Shown here in pieces: positions 1 to 8,826 of a DNA stretch of 64,000 bases (positions are counted from its first letter, which is position 1; every line of letters starts with the position of its first letter). Below the pieces are notes generated by a model. That model saw nothing but the letters and a program-made list of their open reading frames with translations. It searched no databases and was not told the origin of the DNA. The stretch spans positions 12,729 to 76,728 of the forward strand of contig CAZZFT010000005.1 in assembly GCA_964653555.1 (NCBI GenBank). The letters run 5' to 3'. The position numbers and the translations under genes are program-made. The DNA comes from an uncultured Spirochaetales bacterium. GTDB taxonomy: Bacteria; Myxococcota_A; UBA9160; SMWR01.

Positions 1-634
1 CCTGGTTGATCATCACCACCCGCCGACAGATCGCCTCCACCTCCGGCAGGATGTGCGTGGAGAGGATCACCGTGTGGCGGGCGTCGCCACCGCCGCTGGC
101 GAGGTCGGCGATCAGGTGCCGGATCTCGCCGATCTGGATCGGGTCGAGGCCGACCGTGGGCTCGTCGAGGATCAACACCGGGGGCTCGTGAACGATCGCC
201 TGGGCCAGCCCGGTCCGCTGGCGGTAGCCCTTCGAGAGCGTGCCGATCACGCGCCGGGCGACGTCGGCCAGGCCGCAGCGCTCGAGCGCCTGCTCGACCT
301 TCTGCTTGCGCTCGCGGCGCGGCACGTCCTTGATGCGCGCCACGTAGTCGACGTAGGAGAAGACCGTCATCTCCGGGTAGAGCGGTGGCGCCTCGGGCAG
401 GTAGCCGACGGCGCGCCGCGCCTGCAGCGGCTCGGCGAAGATGTCGTGCCCGGCGATCTTCGCGCTGCCGTCCGTTGGGGGCAGGAAGCCGGTGAGCATC
501 CGCATCGTGGTGGTCTTCCCTGCCCCGTTCGGCCCCAGGAAGCCGACCACCTCGCCCCGCTCCACGGTGAAGGAGACGTCGTCGACCGCGACGACGTCCC
601 CATAACGCTTCGAGAGGTGACTGGCTTCGATCAT
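1..634 (-). CDS. ABC transporter ATP-binding protein (ABC-2/exporter type); C-terminus runs off the window
   Basis: My own reverse translation from the ATG at 634-632 gives MIEASHLSKRYGDVVAVDDVSF...GFLGPNGAGKTT (Walker A), LSKGYRQR (ABC signature) and VLILDEPTVGLD (Walker B). It is absent from the ORF track because there is no stop codon inside the window. Confidence 0.9.
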   Translation of the reverse strand, partial: MIEASHLSKRYGDVVAVDDVSFTVERGEVVGFLGPNGAGKTTTMRMLTGFLPPTDGSAKIAGHDIFAEPLQARRAVGYLPEAPPLYPEMTVFSYVDYVARIKDVPRRERKQKVEQALERCGLADVARRVIGTLSKGYRQRTGLAQAIVHEPPVLILDEPTVGLDPIQIGEIRHLIADLASGGGDARHTVILSTHILPEVEAICRRVVMINQ

Positions 635-913
635 GCTCCGATCGCCTCCCTGACCGCCGCCGTCCACGGCGGGCGGATCCACCGACCATCGGCCGCCGGT
701 GCTCGCGGAAACGGAGTGTCCGCGCGCCCGGTGGTGTCTGCCCGGCTCGAATGCGACTACGGCTTTCGTGTGTCGGCGCAGTGTTCGAACGGCCCCGCCG
801 GCGGGGGGCGGCAGCGTACTATACGAACCGACGGGCTCTTTGCCAGCCCGACCCGAGCGGGGCGAAGGCCCGCTGTGGCAGCGGGTTCGATCGGCAGTAT
901 CTTCGAAGCTCCC

Positions 914-1189
914 ATGACTTCTGCGCCGCCTTGCGATCCCGCACCGCGCTCGGCTCGCTCGCGCGCCCGGCTCGACGCGGCGGCTGTCGCTCTCGTACTG
1001 GGGATGGTCCTGCTGGGAATGTCGGGCTCGGCTCGCGCGGATGCGCTCCCCGGCCCGCCTCTCGACCCCGCGTCGTCCCAGGCGGGAGCGTTCTGTCCGC
1101 CGCGCGGCGGCGCGATGGGGAGCGGCGCGGGCTTCGCGACGGCTCTGGCGGCGATCGCGATCGCGCTCCGCCGGCGCGCCGGTCACTGA
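914..1189 (+). CDS. Small (91 aa) secreted/membrane protein consisting of a signal peptide, a short Pro/Gly linker and a C-terminal TM helix plus Arg cluster (sorting-signal-like)
   Basis: This is the tail of track ORF 53..1189, starting at ATG 914: MTSAPP...AAAVALVLGMVLLGMSGSARA/DALPGPP...FCPPRGGAMGSGAGFATALAAIAIALRRRAGH. Codon third positions are mostly G/C. No family is recognised. Confidence 0.45.
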   Translation: MTSAPPCDPAPRSARSRARLDAAAVALVLGMVLLGMSGSARADALPGPPLDPASSQAGAFCPPRGGAMGSGAGFATALAAIAIALRRRAGH

Positions 1190-1214
1190 GCCGACCCGCG
1201 CGCCGGGACCCTCC

Positions 1215-2513
1215 GTGACCGCCTCGCTCCCGAGCCGGTGGATCGAGGGCGAGACGAAGGGCCGCGCCGAGCTGGAGGGCGCGGTGGCGCGCCTCGCCCG
1301 CGACGAGGACGTCGAGTGGCTGCGACGACGCGATCGGCGGCGACGGCTGGCGCGTGTCGCGCTTCCGGGCGGGTCCGCCGTCTTCGCGAAGATCTACCTC
1401 GCCGCCGATCGCCACCCGCTCCGCGAGTGGTGGAAGCGGCGACTCGGGCTCACCACTGCCGAGCGCGAGTGGCGCACCCTGAAGCGCCTGCGGAGCGCCG
1501 GGCTGTCGGTGCCCGCACCGCTCGCGCACCTCCAGCTCGCGACCGGGGAACACGTGGTGGTGACGGAGTGGCTGGAGGGAAGGCCCCTCGGCGAGGCCCT
1601 GCCCGCGTCGCCGCGCTCGCGTCGCAGCCTGCTCACCGCCGTCGGCGCTCTGGTGCGGCGCCTGCACGGCGCGGGCTGGGTCCACCGCGACCTGCACGGG
1701 GAGAACGTCCTGGTCGCCGGCGTCGCGCCGGTCCTGGTCGATCTCCAGGCGGCCGCGCGCCGGATCGGCGAGCGCGCGCGCATGCGCGACCTCGGCTCCC
1801 TGGACCACTCGCTGCGCGCCCGGCTCTCGCTCGGCGACCGCGTTCGCCTGCGCGCCGCTGCCCTCGGCCTGACGCGCCCCTTCGACCGCACCGCCCGCGC
1901 GCAGCTCCGCGCCGTCGGCCGCGCGGCACTCGCGCGCGGTCGCGCTCACGCCACCAGCCGCGCGCGGCGGAGCCTGCGCGCGGGGCGCCGCGCGCGACCC
2001 TTCGCGGTCGAGGGCGGCCGCGGCCTGATCGCGCGCGACGCCGACGAGGCACGGGTGCGGGCGGCGCTGGAAGGAGCGCAGACGCCGGGCGTCGAGGTGC
2101 GCCGCTACCCGCGCACCGCCCCACTCCGCCGCCGGAGCACGGCGGCGCGCGCCTGGGCCGTGGCCCATGCGCTGGAGGCCAGCGACGTCGCCGTCGTGAA
2201 GCCTCTGGCCTTCCTCGAGTGGCGACGCCTCGGCCTTCCCGGTCGGTCGCTGCTGGTAGTCGAGTCGAGCAGCCTCGCGGAGCGCTGCACCGCGGAGCGC
2301 GCCGCGCGGGCTCGCAGCGCGCTCCGGGCACGCCTGCGCGAGGCGGGCTTCGCGACCGGCGCGCTGCCCGACCCGGGCATCGCGTGCGTCGAGCGCGAGG
2401 GGGCGCTCGCGGCGCAGGTGGTGGCGCTCGAGGCGCTGCGCCTCCCCGCCCGGACCATCCGCCCCGGCGATCAGCGCCCGGTCGTGTTAGGCCTCAGCTG
2501 GCCCGGATCGTGA
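1215..2513 (+). CDS. Lipopolysaccharide kinase (Kdo/WaaP/InaA) family protein
   Basis: Track ORF 1041..2513 contains FAKIYL..., VVVTEWLEGRPL and the catalytic-loop-like GWVHRDLHGENVLV, which is typical of the Kdo/WaaP kinase fold. The start is set at GTG 1215, the first in-frame start after the upstream stop, and is uncertain. Confidence 0.7.
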   Translation: MTASLPSRWIEGETKGRAELEGAVARLARDEDVEWLRRRDRRRRLARVALPGGSAVFAKIYLAADRHPLREWWKRRLGLTTAEREWRTLKRLRSAGLSVPAPLAHLQLATGEHVVVTEWLEGRPLGEALPASPRSRRSLLTAVGALVRRLHGAGWVHRDLHGENVLVAGVAPVLVDLQAAARRIGERARMRDLGSLDHSLRARLSLGDRVRLRAAALGLTRPFDRTARAQLRAVGRAALARGRAHATSRARRSLRAGRRARPFAVEGGRGLIARDADEARVRAALEGAQTPGVEVRRYPRTAPLRRRSTAARAWAVAHALEASDVAVVKPLAFLEWRRLGLPGRSLLVVESSSLAERCTAERAARARSALRARLREAGFATGALPDPGIACVEREGALAAQVVALEALRLPARTIRPGDQRPVVLGLSWPGS

Positions 2514-2802
2514 CCCACCGGTAGTAGCTCGAGGAGCCGGTGATGTGGCCGCCGTTGCCGAGCTCGTAGCGGAGATCCCCGGCGGTGCTGCTGCCCCGGA
2601 TGATCTCGCGGAACGCGGCCAGCTTCGCCTCCGGGTCGTCCGGGTTCAGCCCGTGGAACACGATCTCGATCCGGTCCTTCGTGGCGAGGACATTCAGCAC
2701 GAGGGTGGCGAGGGTGAACAGCTTGCCGATGCCCTCGATCGCCTCGACGGCGAAGCACGGGACGTCGACCTGCGACAGTTCGAAGCCGTATTCGAGCCGC
2801 AT
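2494..2802 (-). CDS. Hypothetical protein (102 aa), no recognised family
   Basis: This is the C-terminal part of track ORF 2494..2952, from ATG 2802: MRLEYGFELSQVDVPCFAVEAIEGIGKLF...YYRWVTIRAS. It has non-low-complexity composition and high GC3. It is divergent from the phosphotransferase gene and its 3' end overlaps the kinase gene convergently by 20 nt. Confidence 0.55.
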   Translation of the reverse strand: MRLEYGFELSQVDVPCFAVEAIEGIGKLFTLATLVLNVLATKDRIEIVFHGLNPDDPEAKLAAFREIIRGSSTAGDLRYELGNGGHITGSSSYYRWVTIRAS

Positions 2803-2960
2803 GGGCCCTCCGGATGGCGGTGGTGCGGGCCGCGCAGGCGGAACGGCCTCGCGTGCTCGGGGCGTCGCAGGGTGACCGCGCCACCCGGGGGTGTCAAGAC
2901 GACGGGCCCAGCGCGGGCCGGGAGCGGTCGCGTGCGCGGGTCGCGGTAGCATGCGCAGCG

Positions 2961-4013
2961 ATGGAGACGCCGCCGGGCATCCACCTCGAGAACGTGACCC
3001 GCTTCTTTCGCGACGAAGTCCCGGGCGGCGACGCGCCGCTGCGCTTCGAGCTGATCGGCGGCGGGCGCTCGAATCTCACCTATCGCGTCACGATGGGCGA
3101 GCGCAGCGTCGCGCTGCGCCGGCCGCCGCTCGGACACGTGCTGCCGACGGCTCACGACATGCGTCGCGAGTTCCGCGTACTGCGCGCGCTCGCCGACAGC
3201 GACGTGCCGGTGCCGCGGCCGATCGCGTTGTGCGAGGACCCGGCCGTCCTCGACCACCCCTTCTACGTGATGGAATACCGGCCCGGCGTCGTCCTCCAGG
3301 GCGCCACCCTGCCGGAGGGCTACCTCACCGACGAGCGCGACCGGGCCCGGGCGAGTCGCGCGCTGGTCGACACCCTGGTGACGCTGCACGCGGTCGACCC
3401 CCGCGCGGTGGGACTCGAGGACTTCGGCCGCCCCGACGGCTACCTCGCGCGTCAGCTGCGCCGCTGGGAGAAGCAGTGGCAGGCGAACCGCACCGCTCCG
3501 CTGCCGGAGATCGACGAGCTGCTCGCGCGCCTCGCGCGCGCCCTGCCCGAGCGCTCCGACGCGGCGCTCGTGCACGGCGACTACCGCCTCGGCAACCTGG
3601 CCCTCGACCCGGAGGACCCCGGTCGTGTCGTCGCCATCTACGACTGGGAGATGGCGACGCTCGGCGATCCTCTGGCCGACCTCGGCTACACGCTGATCTA
3701 CTGGATGGAGGCCTCGGACCCGCCGAGCGCGATCGCGGAGGTAGGCGCGCTGACGGCCCGACCCGGCTTCTTCACCCGCAGCGAGCTCGCCCGGGCCTAC
3801 GCGGAAGCCAGCGGCCGCGACCTGGGTCAGATCGACTTCTATCAGGTGCTCGCGCTGACCAAGCTCGCGGTGATCTCCGAGGGCATCTACAAGCGCTTCC
3901 AGCTCGGCAAGACCGCGGGCGCGGCCTTCGACCGGGTGAGCCGCGCCGCGCTGCCCCTGGCCGAGCGGGCGCTCGCGATCGCCGACACCTCGCACGACAC
4001 GAGGCTGCGTTAG
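2961..4013 (+). CDS. Phosphotransferase enzyme family protein (APH/ACAD10-N-terminal-like kinase)
   Basis: From ATG 2961 the product reads METPPGIHLENVTRFF...LIGGGRSNLTYRV...FYVMEYRPG...LVHGDYRLGNLALD...IYDWEMATLGDPLADL. The HGD-x-x-x-N and D-W-E motifs are those of the aminoglycoside phosphotransferase fold. Confidence 0.9.
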   Translation: METPPGIHLENVTRFFRDEVPGGDAPLRFELIGGGRSNLTYRVTMGERSVALRRPPLGHVLPTAHDMRREFRVLRALADSDVPVPRPIALCEDPAVLDHPFYVMEYRPGVVLQGATLPEGYLTDERDRARASRALVDTLVTLHAVDPRAVGLEDFGRPDGYLARQLRRWEKQWQANRTAPLPEIDELLARLARALPERSDAALVHGDYRLGNLALDPEDPGRVVAIYDWEMATLGDPLADLGYTLIYWMEASDPPSAIAEVGALTARPGFFTRSELARAYAEASGRDLGQIDFYQVLALTKLAVISEGIYKRFQLGKTAGAAFDRVSRAALPLAERALAIADTSHDTRLR

Positions 4014-4858
4014 CCGAGTCTCCCGAACAACAGCGCGATCGTCAGCAGCGACGCCAGCACCAGCATCGCGACCGCGAGAGGCGAGATGCGCCGGTGCTGC
4101 GCCGGACGCGCCGGTGCTTCTCCGGGAACCCGCGCCAGAGCCACGGTGATGTTGTCGGGACCGCCGCGCTCGTTGGCCAGATCGACCAGGGCGCGCGCCG
4201 CCTGGGCCGGGGTCGAGCGCCGCAACACCTCGGCGATCTCCTCGTCGCGCAGCACGCCCGAGAGCCCGTCCGAGCACAGCAGGAAGAGATCGCCGGGTCG
4301 GAGGTCCAGCTCGTGGAGGTCCACGCTGACCTCGTGCTCGACGCCGAGCGAGCGCAGCACCTCGTTGCGCCGCGGATGGAAGCGCGCCTCCTCTTCAGTG
4401 AGCACGCCGCGGCGCTGGAGCTCGGCCACCAGGGAGTGGTCGAGGCTGATCTGCTCGAAGGCGGCCCCGCGCAGCCGGTAGGCACGGCTGTCCCCGACGT
4501 TCGCCACGAAGGCTCCCTCGGGCGCCACCAGCACCGCCACACCCGTGGTACCCATGCCCGCCACGCGCGGGTTGCGCTGGGACTCGTCGTACACCGCCCG
4601 GTTGGCCTCCTCGAAGGCGCGGCACAGGGCGGCGCCGGGCGGATCGTCGCCGCCGGCGAGCGAAGCGGACACGGTCTCGATCGCGATCCGGCTCGCCGTC
4701 TCGCCGCCGGCGTGCCCCCCCATTCCGTCGGCGACCATCATCCACACGGCGCCCGAGGCGGTCCGACCCTCGCCCCAGGCGTCCTGGTTGCTCGCCCGCT
4801 GCCGGCCCACGTCCGACATCGACTCGCGTTCGACACGCTCGGGATCGATTCGCTTCAC
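4010..4858 (-). CDS. PP2C-family Ser/Thr protein phosphatase with C-terminal TM anchor
   Basis: Motifs are DVGRQRASNQDAW, MVADGMGGHAGGETAS, VANVGDSRAY, LLCSDGL and RGGPDNITV, followed by a hydrophobic tail ISPLAVAMLVLASLLTIALLF. The GTG at 4858 overlaps the upstream stop (GTGA). An alternative ATG lies at 4819. Confidence 0.85.
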   Translation of the reverse strand: MKRIDPERVERESMSDVGRQRASNQDAWGEGRTASGAVWMMVADGMGGHAGGETASRIAIETVSASLAGGDDPPGAALCRAFEEANRAVYDESQRNPRVAGMGTTGVAVLVAPEGAFVANVGDSRAYRLRGAAFEQISLDHSLVAELQRRGVLTEEEARFHPRRNEVLRSLGVEHEVSVDLHELDLRPGDLFLLCSDGLSGVLRDEEIAEVLRRSTPAQAARALVDLANERGGPDNITVALARVPGEAPARPAQHRRISPLAVAMLVLASLLTIALLFGRLG

Positions 4859-5883
4859 GCGCGCGACTCCCACGGGACGGCGGCGGCTCCGGTCGCCTGC
4901 GACTCCGGGTCCGACAGGAAGCAGCGGCTGGAGCCCTCCGCCACCTCGTAGCACGGCGGCGGCTCCTTCCGACAGCGCTCGAAGACCTCCGGACAGCGGG
5001 TGTGGAAACGACATCCCTCGGGCGGCGAGGACGGCGAGGGCACGTCGCCCCGCAGCCGGGCGGCCGCGCCGCGATGGGCGGGGTCCACCGAGGGCACCGC
5101 CTGGAGCAGCGCCCGGGTGTAGGGGTGACGCGCGTCGGTGAAGATCCGCTCGGTCTCGCCCTCTTCCACGATCTGTCCCAGATACATCACCGACACGCGA
5201 TCCGCGAGGTAGCGGACCACGCCGAGGTCGTGGGTGATGAAGAGGTACGTGAGCCCGAGCTCCTCCTGGAGGCGGCGCAGCAGGTTCAGGATCTGGGCCT
5301 GGATCGAGACGTCGAGGGCGGAGGTGGCCTCGTCGCACACCACCAGCCGAGGCTCGACGGCGAGCGCCCGCGCGATGCAGATCCGCTGCCGCTGCCCGCC
5401 CGAGAACTCGTGCGGATACCGCCACATCTGGCTGGGGTCGAGCTGCACGCGGCCCAGCAGCTCGGCCACGCGCTCGGTGCGCTCGGCGTCGCTCTGACCG
5501 ATCGCGAAGGTCTCCATGCCCTCGGCGATCGCGTCGCGCACGCGCATGCGCGGGTCGAGCGAGGCCAGGGGGTCCTGGAAGACGATCTGGATCGCGCGCC
5601 GGTACGGGTGCATGGCCGTCCCCGAGAGCCGGGCCAGGTCCACGCCGTCGAACCAGATGCGCCCGGAGGTCGGCTCCTCGAGGCGCAGCAGCGTGCGCCC
5701 GACGGTGGTCTTGCCGCAGCCCGACTCGCCTACGAGCGCCAGCGTCTCACCGCGACGGATCCGGAGATCGACCCCGTCCACCGCGCGCACGTGGCCGACG
5801 GTGCGCCGGAACAGTCCCTTGCGGATCGGGAACCAGGTGCGCAGGTCCTCGACGCGGAGCAGGACGTCGCCGGGTCCGCTCAC
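4855..5883 (-). CDS. Peptide (Opp/Dpp-type) ABC transporter ATP-binding protein, OppF/DppF-like
   Basis: Motifs are [37 protein letters not shown] and the C-terminal oligopeptide domain HPYTRALL...[12 protein letters not shown]. The GTG start forms a GTGA overlap at 5880-5883. Confidence 0.9.
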   Translation of the reverse strand: MSGPGDVLLRVEDLRTWFPIRKGLFRRTVGHVRAVDGVDLRIRRGETLALVGESGCGKTTVGRTLLRLEEPTSGRIWFDGVDLARLSGTAMHPYRRAIQIVFQDPLASLDPRMRVRDAIAEGMETFAIGQSDAERTERVAELLGRVQLDPSQMWRYPHEFSGGQRQRICIARALAVEPRLVVCDEATSALDVSIQAQILNLLRRLQEELGLTYLFITHDLGVVRYLADRVSVMYLGQIVEEGETERIFTDARHPYTRALLQAVPSVDPAHRGAAARLRGDVPSPSSPPEGCRFHTRCPEVFERCRKEPPPCYEVAEGSSRCFLSDPESQATGAAAVPWESRA

Positions 5884-6863
5884 GCCTTCCCCTCCTCCGC
5901 GGCGACGACGTGGCACCACGCCCGGTGCTTCTCGCCGATCCGGGTCGCTTCCGGGGCCTCGCTCCTGCAGCGATCGATCACTCGGAAGCAGCGGGTCGCG
6001 AAGCGGCAGCCCGACGGGAACCGGCCCGGCGACGGCACCACGCCGGCGATCTCGGCCAGCGGCTCCCCCGGCCGCGCGCGCGACGGAATCGAGGCGAGCA
6101 GTCCCTGGGTGTAGGGATGGCGCGGACGCGCGAGCACGTCCTCGCGCGTGCCCTCCTCGGCCACCTGGCCCGCGTACATCACGGTGATCCGATCGGCCAG
6201 CTCGTTCACGACGCCCAGGTCGTGGGTGATCAGCAGGATCCCCATTCCGATCCGATCGCGGACCTCGCGCAGCAGCTCCAGGATCTGGGCCTGGATCGTC
6301 ACGTCGAGGGCGGTCGTGGGCTCGTCGGCGATCAGGAGCTTCGGGCTCATCGAAAGCGCCATCGCGACCATCACCCGCTGCTTGATTCCGCCCGAGAGCT
6401 GGTGGGGATAGGCGTCGAAGCGCGACTCGGGGTCGGGAATCCCGACGCGCTCGAACAGCTCGACGGTGCGCGCGCGGGCGTCCGCGGCGGACACGCGCTC
6501 GTGCAGTCGGATCGCCTCGACCACCTGGTCACCGGCGGCCTGCACCGGGTTGAGGCTCGTCATCGGCTCCTGGAAGATCATCGCCGCTTCGGCGCCGCGC
6601 ACCCGCCGCATCTCGTTCACCGACAGCGCGCCCACGTCCCGGCCGGCGAGCTCGATCCGCCCCGACTCGATCCTCCCCGGCCGCGGCACCAGGCGCAGGA
6701 TCGAGAGGGCCGTCATCGACTTCCCGCAGCCCGACTCCCCCACCAGGGCGAGCACCTCCCCCGCCTCCAGGTGGATCGACACGCCGTCCACGACGGCGGC
6801 GCGACTCCCGTCGGCGGGAAAGGTCGTGACCAGATCGGTGACCTCGAGCAGCGGCGCGCTCAC
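5880..6863 (-). CDS. Peptide (Opp/Dpp-type) ABC transporter ATP-binding protein, OppD/DppD-like
   Basis: Motifs are [38 protein letters not shown] and HPYTQGLL...[10 protein letters not shown]. The GTG start forms a GTGA overlap at 6860-6863. Confidence 0.9.
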   Translation of the reverse strand: MSAPLLEVTDLVTTFPADGSRAAVVDGVSIHLEAGEVLALVGESGCGKSMTALSILRLVPRPGRIESGRIELAGRDVGALSVNEMRRVRGAEAAMIFQEPMTSLNPVQAAGDQVVEAIRLHERVSAADARARTVELFERVGIPDPESRFDAYPHQLSGGIKQRVMVAMALSMSPKLLIADEPTTALDVTIQAQILELLREVRDRIGMGILLITHDLGVVNELADRITVMYAGQVAEEGTREDVLARPRHPYTQGLLASIPSRARPGEPLAEIAGVVPSPGRFPSGCRFATRCFRVIDRCRSEAPEATRIGEKHRAWCHVVAAEEGKA

Positions 6864-7882
6864 AGATCCTCCACCAGCGTGCGCGGGTCGAGGATGTCGC
6901 GCACCGCGTCGCCGACCCGGTTCACCGCCAGGATCAGCAGGAAGAGCGCCACCGAGGCCGCAGCCAGGTTCCAGGCGATGATCGGATCGCGCGCCAGCTC
7001 GTCGCGCGCCTGGTCGATCATCTGGCCCCAGCTGCCGTCGATACCGATGCCGAGGAAGGAGAGGATCGCCTCGGAGAGCACCGTCCCCGAGAAGAGCAGC
7101 ACGAAGGTGATCACCACCAGGTGCATCACGTTGGGCAGGATGTGGCGCAGGACGATGCGCGCCTCGGACGCCCCGAGCGCACGCGCCGCCTGCACGTAGT
7201 CGAGCTCGCGCAGCTTGAAGGTCTCCCCGCGCACGATGCGGGCGAAGCCCACCCAGCTGGTGACGCCCATCGCGACGCACACTTGCACGGGGCCACGGCC
7301 AAGGGCGAGGATCAGCGCGATCAGGAGCAGCAGGTTCGGGATCGACGCCAGCGTCGAGATGACGAAGAACACCGCGTCGTCGACCCGGCCACCGAGATAG
7401 CCGGCCGACATGCCGAACAGGAGCGCGAGCGGGATCACGATCAGGCTGGTCAAGCCGCCAATCAGGAGCGCGATCCGGGCGCCCTTGAGCGTCAGGTGCA
7501 ACACGTCGCGGCCGAGGATGTCGGTACCGAACCAGTGGGCGCCGGGATGCTCGAGCGGGGCGCCGCCGTAGAACTCGACCTCGGCGAAGGGAGCCGAGTA
7601 GCTGCGCTCCTGGAAGCCGGCGGGGAAGGCGCGATCGATCAGGGAGCGGGGCGTGTGGGCCTCGACGCCCTGCACGCCGCCCGCGGCGTCGATCCAGGAG
7701 ACCGAGTCGGCCAGACCGACCCCGACGTAGACGGCGATCGCGAGCAGGGCGAGCGGTCGCCGACGCGCCAGCTCGCGCGCCGCATCGCTCCAGAAGCGGC
7801 TACGGCGCACCGCGCGCACGGTGAACGCCGCCCCGACTCCGAGCAGCGCGACGACCGCGTTCGAGACGACGTAGCCCCCCAT
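6860..7882 (-). CDS. Peptide ABC transporter permease (OppC/DppC-like)
   Basis: This is the full track ORF, a multi-TM protein. It has the BPD-transporter EAA-like loop YVQAARALGASEARIVLRHILPN. Confidence 0.9.
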   Translation of the reverse strand: MGGYVVSNAVVALLGVGAAFTVRAVRRSRFWSDAARELARRRPLALLAIAVYVGVGLADSVSWIDAAGGVQGVEAHTPRSLIDRAFPAGFQERSYSAPFAEVEFYGGAPLEHPGAHWFGTDILGRDVLHLTLKGARIALLIGGLTSLIVIPLALLFGMSAGYLGGRVDDAVFFVISTLASIPNLLLLIALILALGRGPVQVCVAMGVTSWVGFARIVRGETFKLRELDYVQAARALGASEARIVLRHILPNVMHLVVITFVLLFSGTVLSEAILSFLGIGIDGSWGQMIDQARDELARDPIIAWNLAAASVALFLLILAVNRVGDAVRDILDPRTLVEDL

Positions 7883-7884
7883 CC

Positions 7885-8826
7885 CTACTCCAGCCGAACC
7901 CGCGGGTCCACGAGCGTGTAGGTGAAGTCGGTGACGATCTGGAACAGGATGAAGGCGAGCGCGCCGATGAAGACCATCACACGCAGCGTCGAGAAGTCGT
8001 TGCCCTGGATCGCTTCCACCGTCACAGCCCCGAGCCCGGGGATTCCGAAGAACGACTCGATCAGCAGCGACCCGGTGAACAGGAAGGGGATCGCCGTCAC
8101 GACGCGCGTCAGGATCGGGATCAACGCGTTGCGCAGCACGTGGAAGGCCATCACCCGGCCGTCCCCACAGCCCTTCGCGCGGGCGGTGCGAACGTAGTCT
8201 CGGCTGGTCTCCTCGACGAACACCGTGCGGTAGAAACGCAAGTCGCCTCCGATCCCGGCGACCACGCCGATCAGGATCGGCATCGCCACGAAGCGCGGCA
8301 GCACGCGCGGGTCGGGGTCGAAGCCCGAGATCGGGAACCAGTTGAGGATCTTTCCGATCAGATACTGGCTCCCGATGATGTAGAGGAGGATCGAGACGCT
8401 CATCGCGAGCACGGCGATCACGACGCCGGTGCGGTCGATGTAGGTCTCCCGGAAGTAGGCGACGAACAGGGAGAGCGCCACGCCGAGCACGAGGCCGAGC
8501 GCGAAGGTGGGCACGGTGAAGGAGAGGCTCGGACCCACGCCCTCGCGCAGACGGCGGGCGATCGGCACCTCGTCGGCGTCGCTGCGGCCGAAGTCGAAGC
8601 TGAGCATGCGGACGTAGTGGTCGCGGAGCTGGTCGGTCCAGGGGCGATCGTAGCCGTGCTCCTGGATCCAGAGCTTCAGCACGGCGGGAGGAGCCTTCTC
8701 GCCCACGGCGCGGCGCGCCATGTCCATCGGCTCGGCGTAGAGGAAGAACAGCACGAACAGGAGCCCCAGCACGCCCTGGACCACCAGGAAGCCGTAGAGC
8801 AGGCGCCGCAGCGCGTAGCCGATCAC
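7885..8826 (-). CDS. Peptide ABC transporter permease (OppB/DppB-like)
   Basis: This is the C-terminal 313 aa of track ORF 7885..10872: VIGYALRRLLYGFLV...DYVRTARAKGCGDGRVMAFHVLRNALIP. The GTG at 8826 overlaps the TAG of the upstream gene by 1 nt. Confidence 0.9.
   Translation of the reverse strand: MIGYALRRLLYGFLVVQGVLGLLFVLFFLYAEPMDMARRAVGEKAPPAVLKLWIQEHGYDRPWTDQLRDHYVRMLSFDFGRSDADEVPIARRLREGVGPSLSFTVPTFALGLVLGVALSLFVAYFRETYIDRTGVVIAVLAMSVSILLYIIGSQYLIGKILNWFPISGFDPDPRVLPRFVAMPILIGVVAGIGGDLRFYRTVFVEETSRDYVRTARAKGCGDGRVMAFHVLRNALIPILTRVVTAIPFLFTGSLLIESFFGIPGLGAVTVEAIQGNDFSTLRVMVFIGALAFILFQIVTDFTYTLVDPRVRLE

Noticed and set aside
819-2168. A 449-aa ORF on the minus strand, antisense to the small protein and the Kdo-type kinase genes.
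   Set aside because: Its composition is extremely Arg/Ala/Pro/Gly-rich with no motifs. This is typical of shadow ORFs in high-GC DNA, and the plus-strand frame carries recognisable kinase motifs.
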